A DNA stretch of 58,257 nucleotides from positions 1 to 58,257 of the forward strand of contig JAGDWE010000056.1 in NCBI GenBank assembly GCA_023255965.1, read 5' to 3'. Both the position numbers and the translations under genes were made by a program. Under the pieces are notes generated by a model that saw only the letters and a list, made by a program, of their open reading frames with translations, did no database searches and was not told where the DNA came from. Each line of letters begins with the position of its first letter. Position 1 is the first letter of the stretch. The stretch is from Desulfurococcales archaeon. Its GTDB lineage: Archaea > Thermoproteota > Thermoprotei_A > Sulfolobales > NBVN01. Below, in pieces: positions 57,571 through 58,257 of this stretch.

Positions 57571-58006
57571 TCATGGGTTAAGTAGTATAGTTGGACTAGT
57601 ATTAATAGCTATATCCATACTTATCATCTCCTCATTGATATATAATGCATTAAATGTTATTCAGGAGCTAAATCGCATGAACTTAGAGGACATCGATCGA
57701 AGAACTTTAAGAGCTAGGGTACAATATCTTGTAGAAGGTACCTACACATCCTCAAATAACTCGACAATAGTGATTAAAATCATTAATAACCTGCCAGAAC
57801 CATTGCAGTTGATGGGTTACATAGTAGTAGATCAAGGCATGAACGTAGAGGTATTTAAGGTGAACAATGAATGCCTAATAATACCGCCATTTAATACTAC
57901 ATTAATAGCCTTAGAAAGCAAAGCTGACCCGTTAGGCGTGGTTGCGGTGATTTTAATTAGAGATGAAGTAACACATATAGCTTTGAAGAAATCGTACCCA
58001 AGCTGA
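57551..58006 (+). CDS. archaeal type IV pilin-like protein (class III signal peptide)
   Basis: 151 aa. N-terminus MATRISNHGLSSIVGLVLIAISILIISSLI, the same layout as the preceding gene. The two genes overlap by 20 nt. Confidence 0.55.
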   Translation: MATRISNHGLSSIVGLVLIAISILIISSLIYNALNVIQELNRMNLEDIDRRTLRARVQYLVEGTYTSSNNSTIVIKIINNLPEPLQLMGYIVVDQGMNVEVFKVNNECLIIPPFNTTLIALESKADPLGVVAVILIRDEVTHIALKKSYPS

Positions 58007-58069
58007 TTCCGATTTAACGATTTGTAATATCTTTAATTACTTGATAAGAGAATGTGCGAATAGGTCTGT

Positions 58070-58257
58070 GAATGTTTATAGACTTTGATGGGGTTCGGGT
58101 TTCATCGGGCTTGATGCTCTTCGATATCAAGTCCTCTATCCTTGGCTTCATCGCCCTCAGAGCCCCTTTCATCGGGGCCCATGTCACCGGGCCCCGCCCG
58201 CTTTGGGTGACCGAGACCGCAGCTCCACCCTCATAGAAGCCTCAGGATCATCGCCGT
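58070..58257. repeat. GC-rich interspersed repeat, copy 2 (inverted relative to 32079-32245), truncated by the window end
   Basis: 58090-58257 is the reverse complement of 32079-32245 at roughly 85% identity by eye. The window ends inside the element. Confidence 0.7.

Noticed and set aside
1-58257. Scanned for CRISPR arrays, cas genes, rRNA genes, toxin-antitoxin pairs and known defence modules.
   Set aside because: No regularly spaced direct repeats were found. No Cas-like proteins are present beyond the dead TnpB-like remnant. No rRNA-like conserved blocks were seen. The only tandem repeat is the 2 x 12-mer at 38650-38673.

Overview
AT-rich archaeal chromosomal segment, crenarchaeal (TACK-type) by gene content: CdvABC division genes, eL19/eL32/eS4/eS8 ribosomal proteins, a long SmAP3-type Sm protein and a multi-intron tRNA. 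Most of it is housekeeping. From left to right: (1) the spc/S10 ribosomal-protein supercluster with secY-adk on the minus strand (0.2-11 kb); rps19 and rpl3-rpl4-rpl23-rpl2 are split off and inverted around rtcB. (2) A dphB/ribL-like operon, gatCAB plus a PPP phosphatase, a protein disulfide oxidoreductase and a class II ribonucleotide reductase. (3) The cdvA-cdvB-cdvC operon. (4) The only clearly accessory stretch (30.36-32.3 kb): a GC-rich leader, a frameshifted TnpB-like gene, a serine-recombinase fragment and a GC-rich repeat whose inverted copy forms the right end of the window. (5) A hdrCBA-mvhDGA (heterodisulfide reductase / [NiFe] hydrogenase) operon. (6) A GPN GTPase, an AmmeMemoRadiSam radical SAM enzyme and prs. 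(7) A dense tRNA-maturation neighbourhood: Trm11-like, RNase Z, a UPF0201/UPF0200 pair, CCA-adding enzyme, ThpR and tRNA-Pro(GGG) with two introns. (8) PAN-PUA-PAC2, srp19, rps8e, uppS and an acdB/coiled-coil/DUF373 operon. (9) A GC-rich non-coding island upstream of an Sm-like gene, then tgtA and two pilin-like genes. I saw no CRISPR array, no rRNA and no recognisable defence system. The leads I rate highest are the GC-rich structured repeat family, the Hdr-Mvh operon in a non-methanogen context, the uncharacterised kinase/RNA-binding pair inside the tRNA end-processing cluster, and the GC-rich island at 54.8-55.0 kb. All family assignments come from motif and architecture recognition by eye. 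No searches were run.
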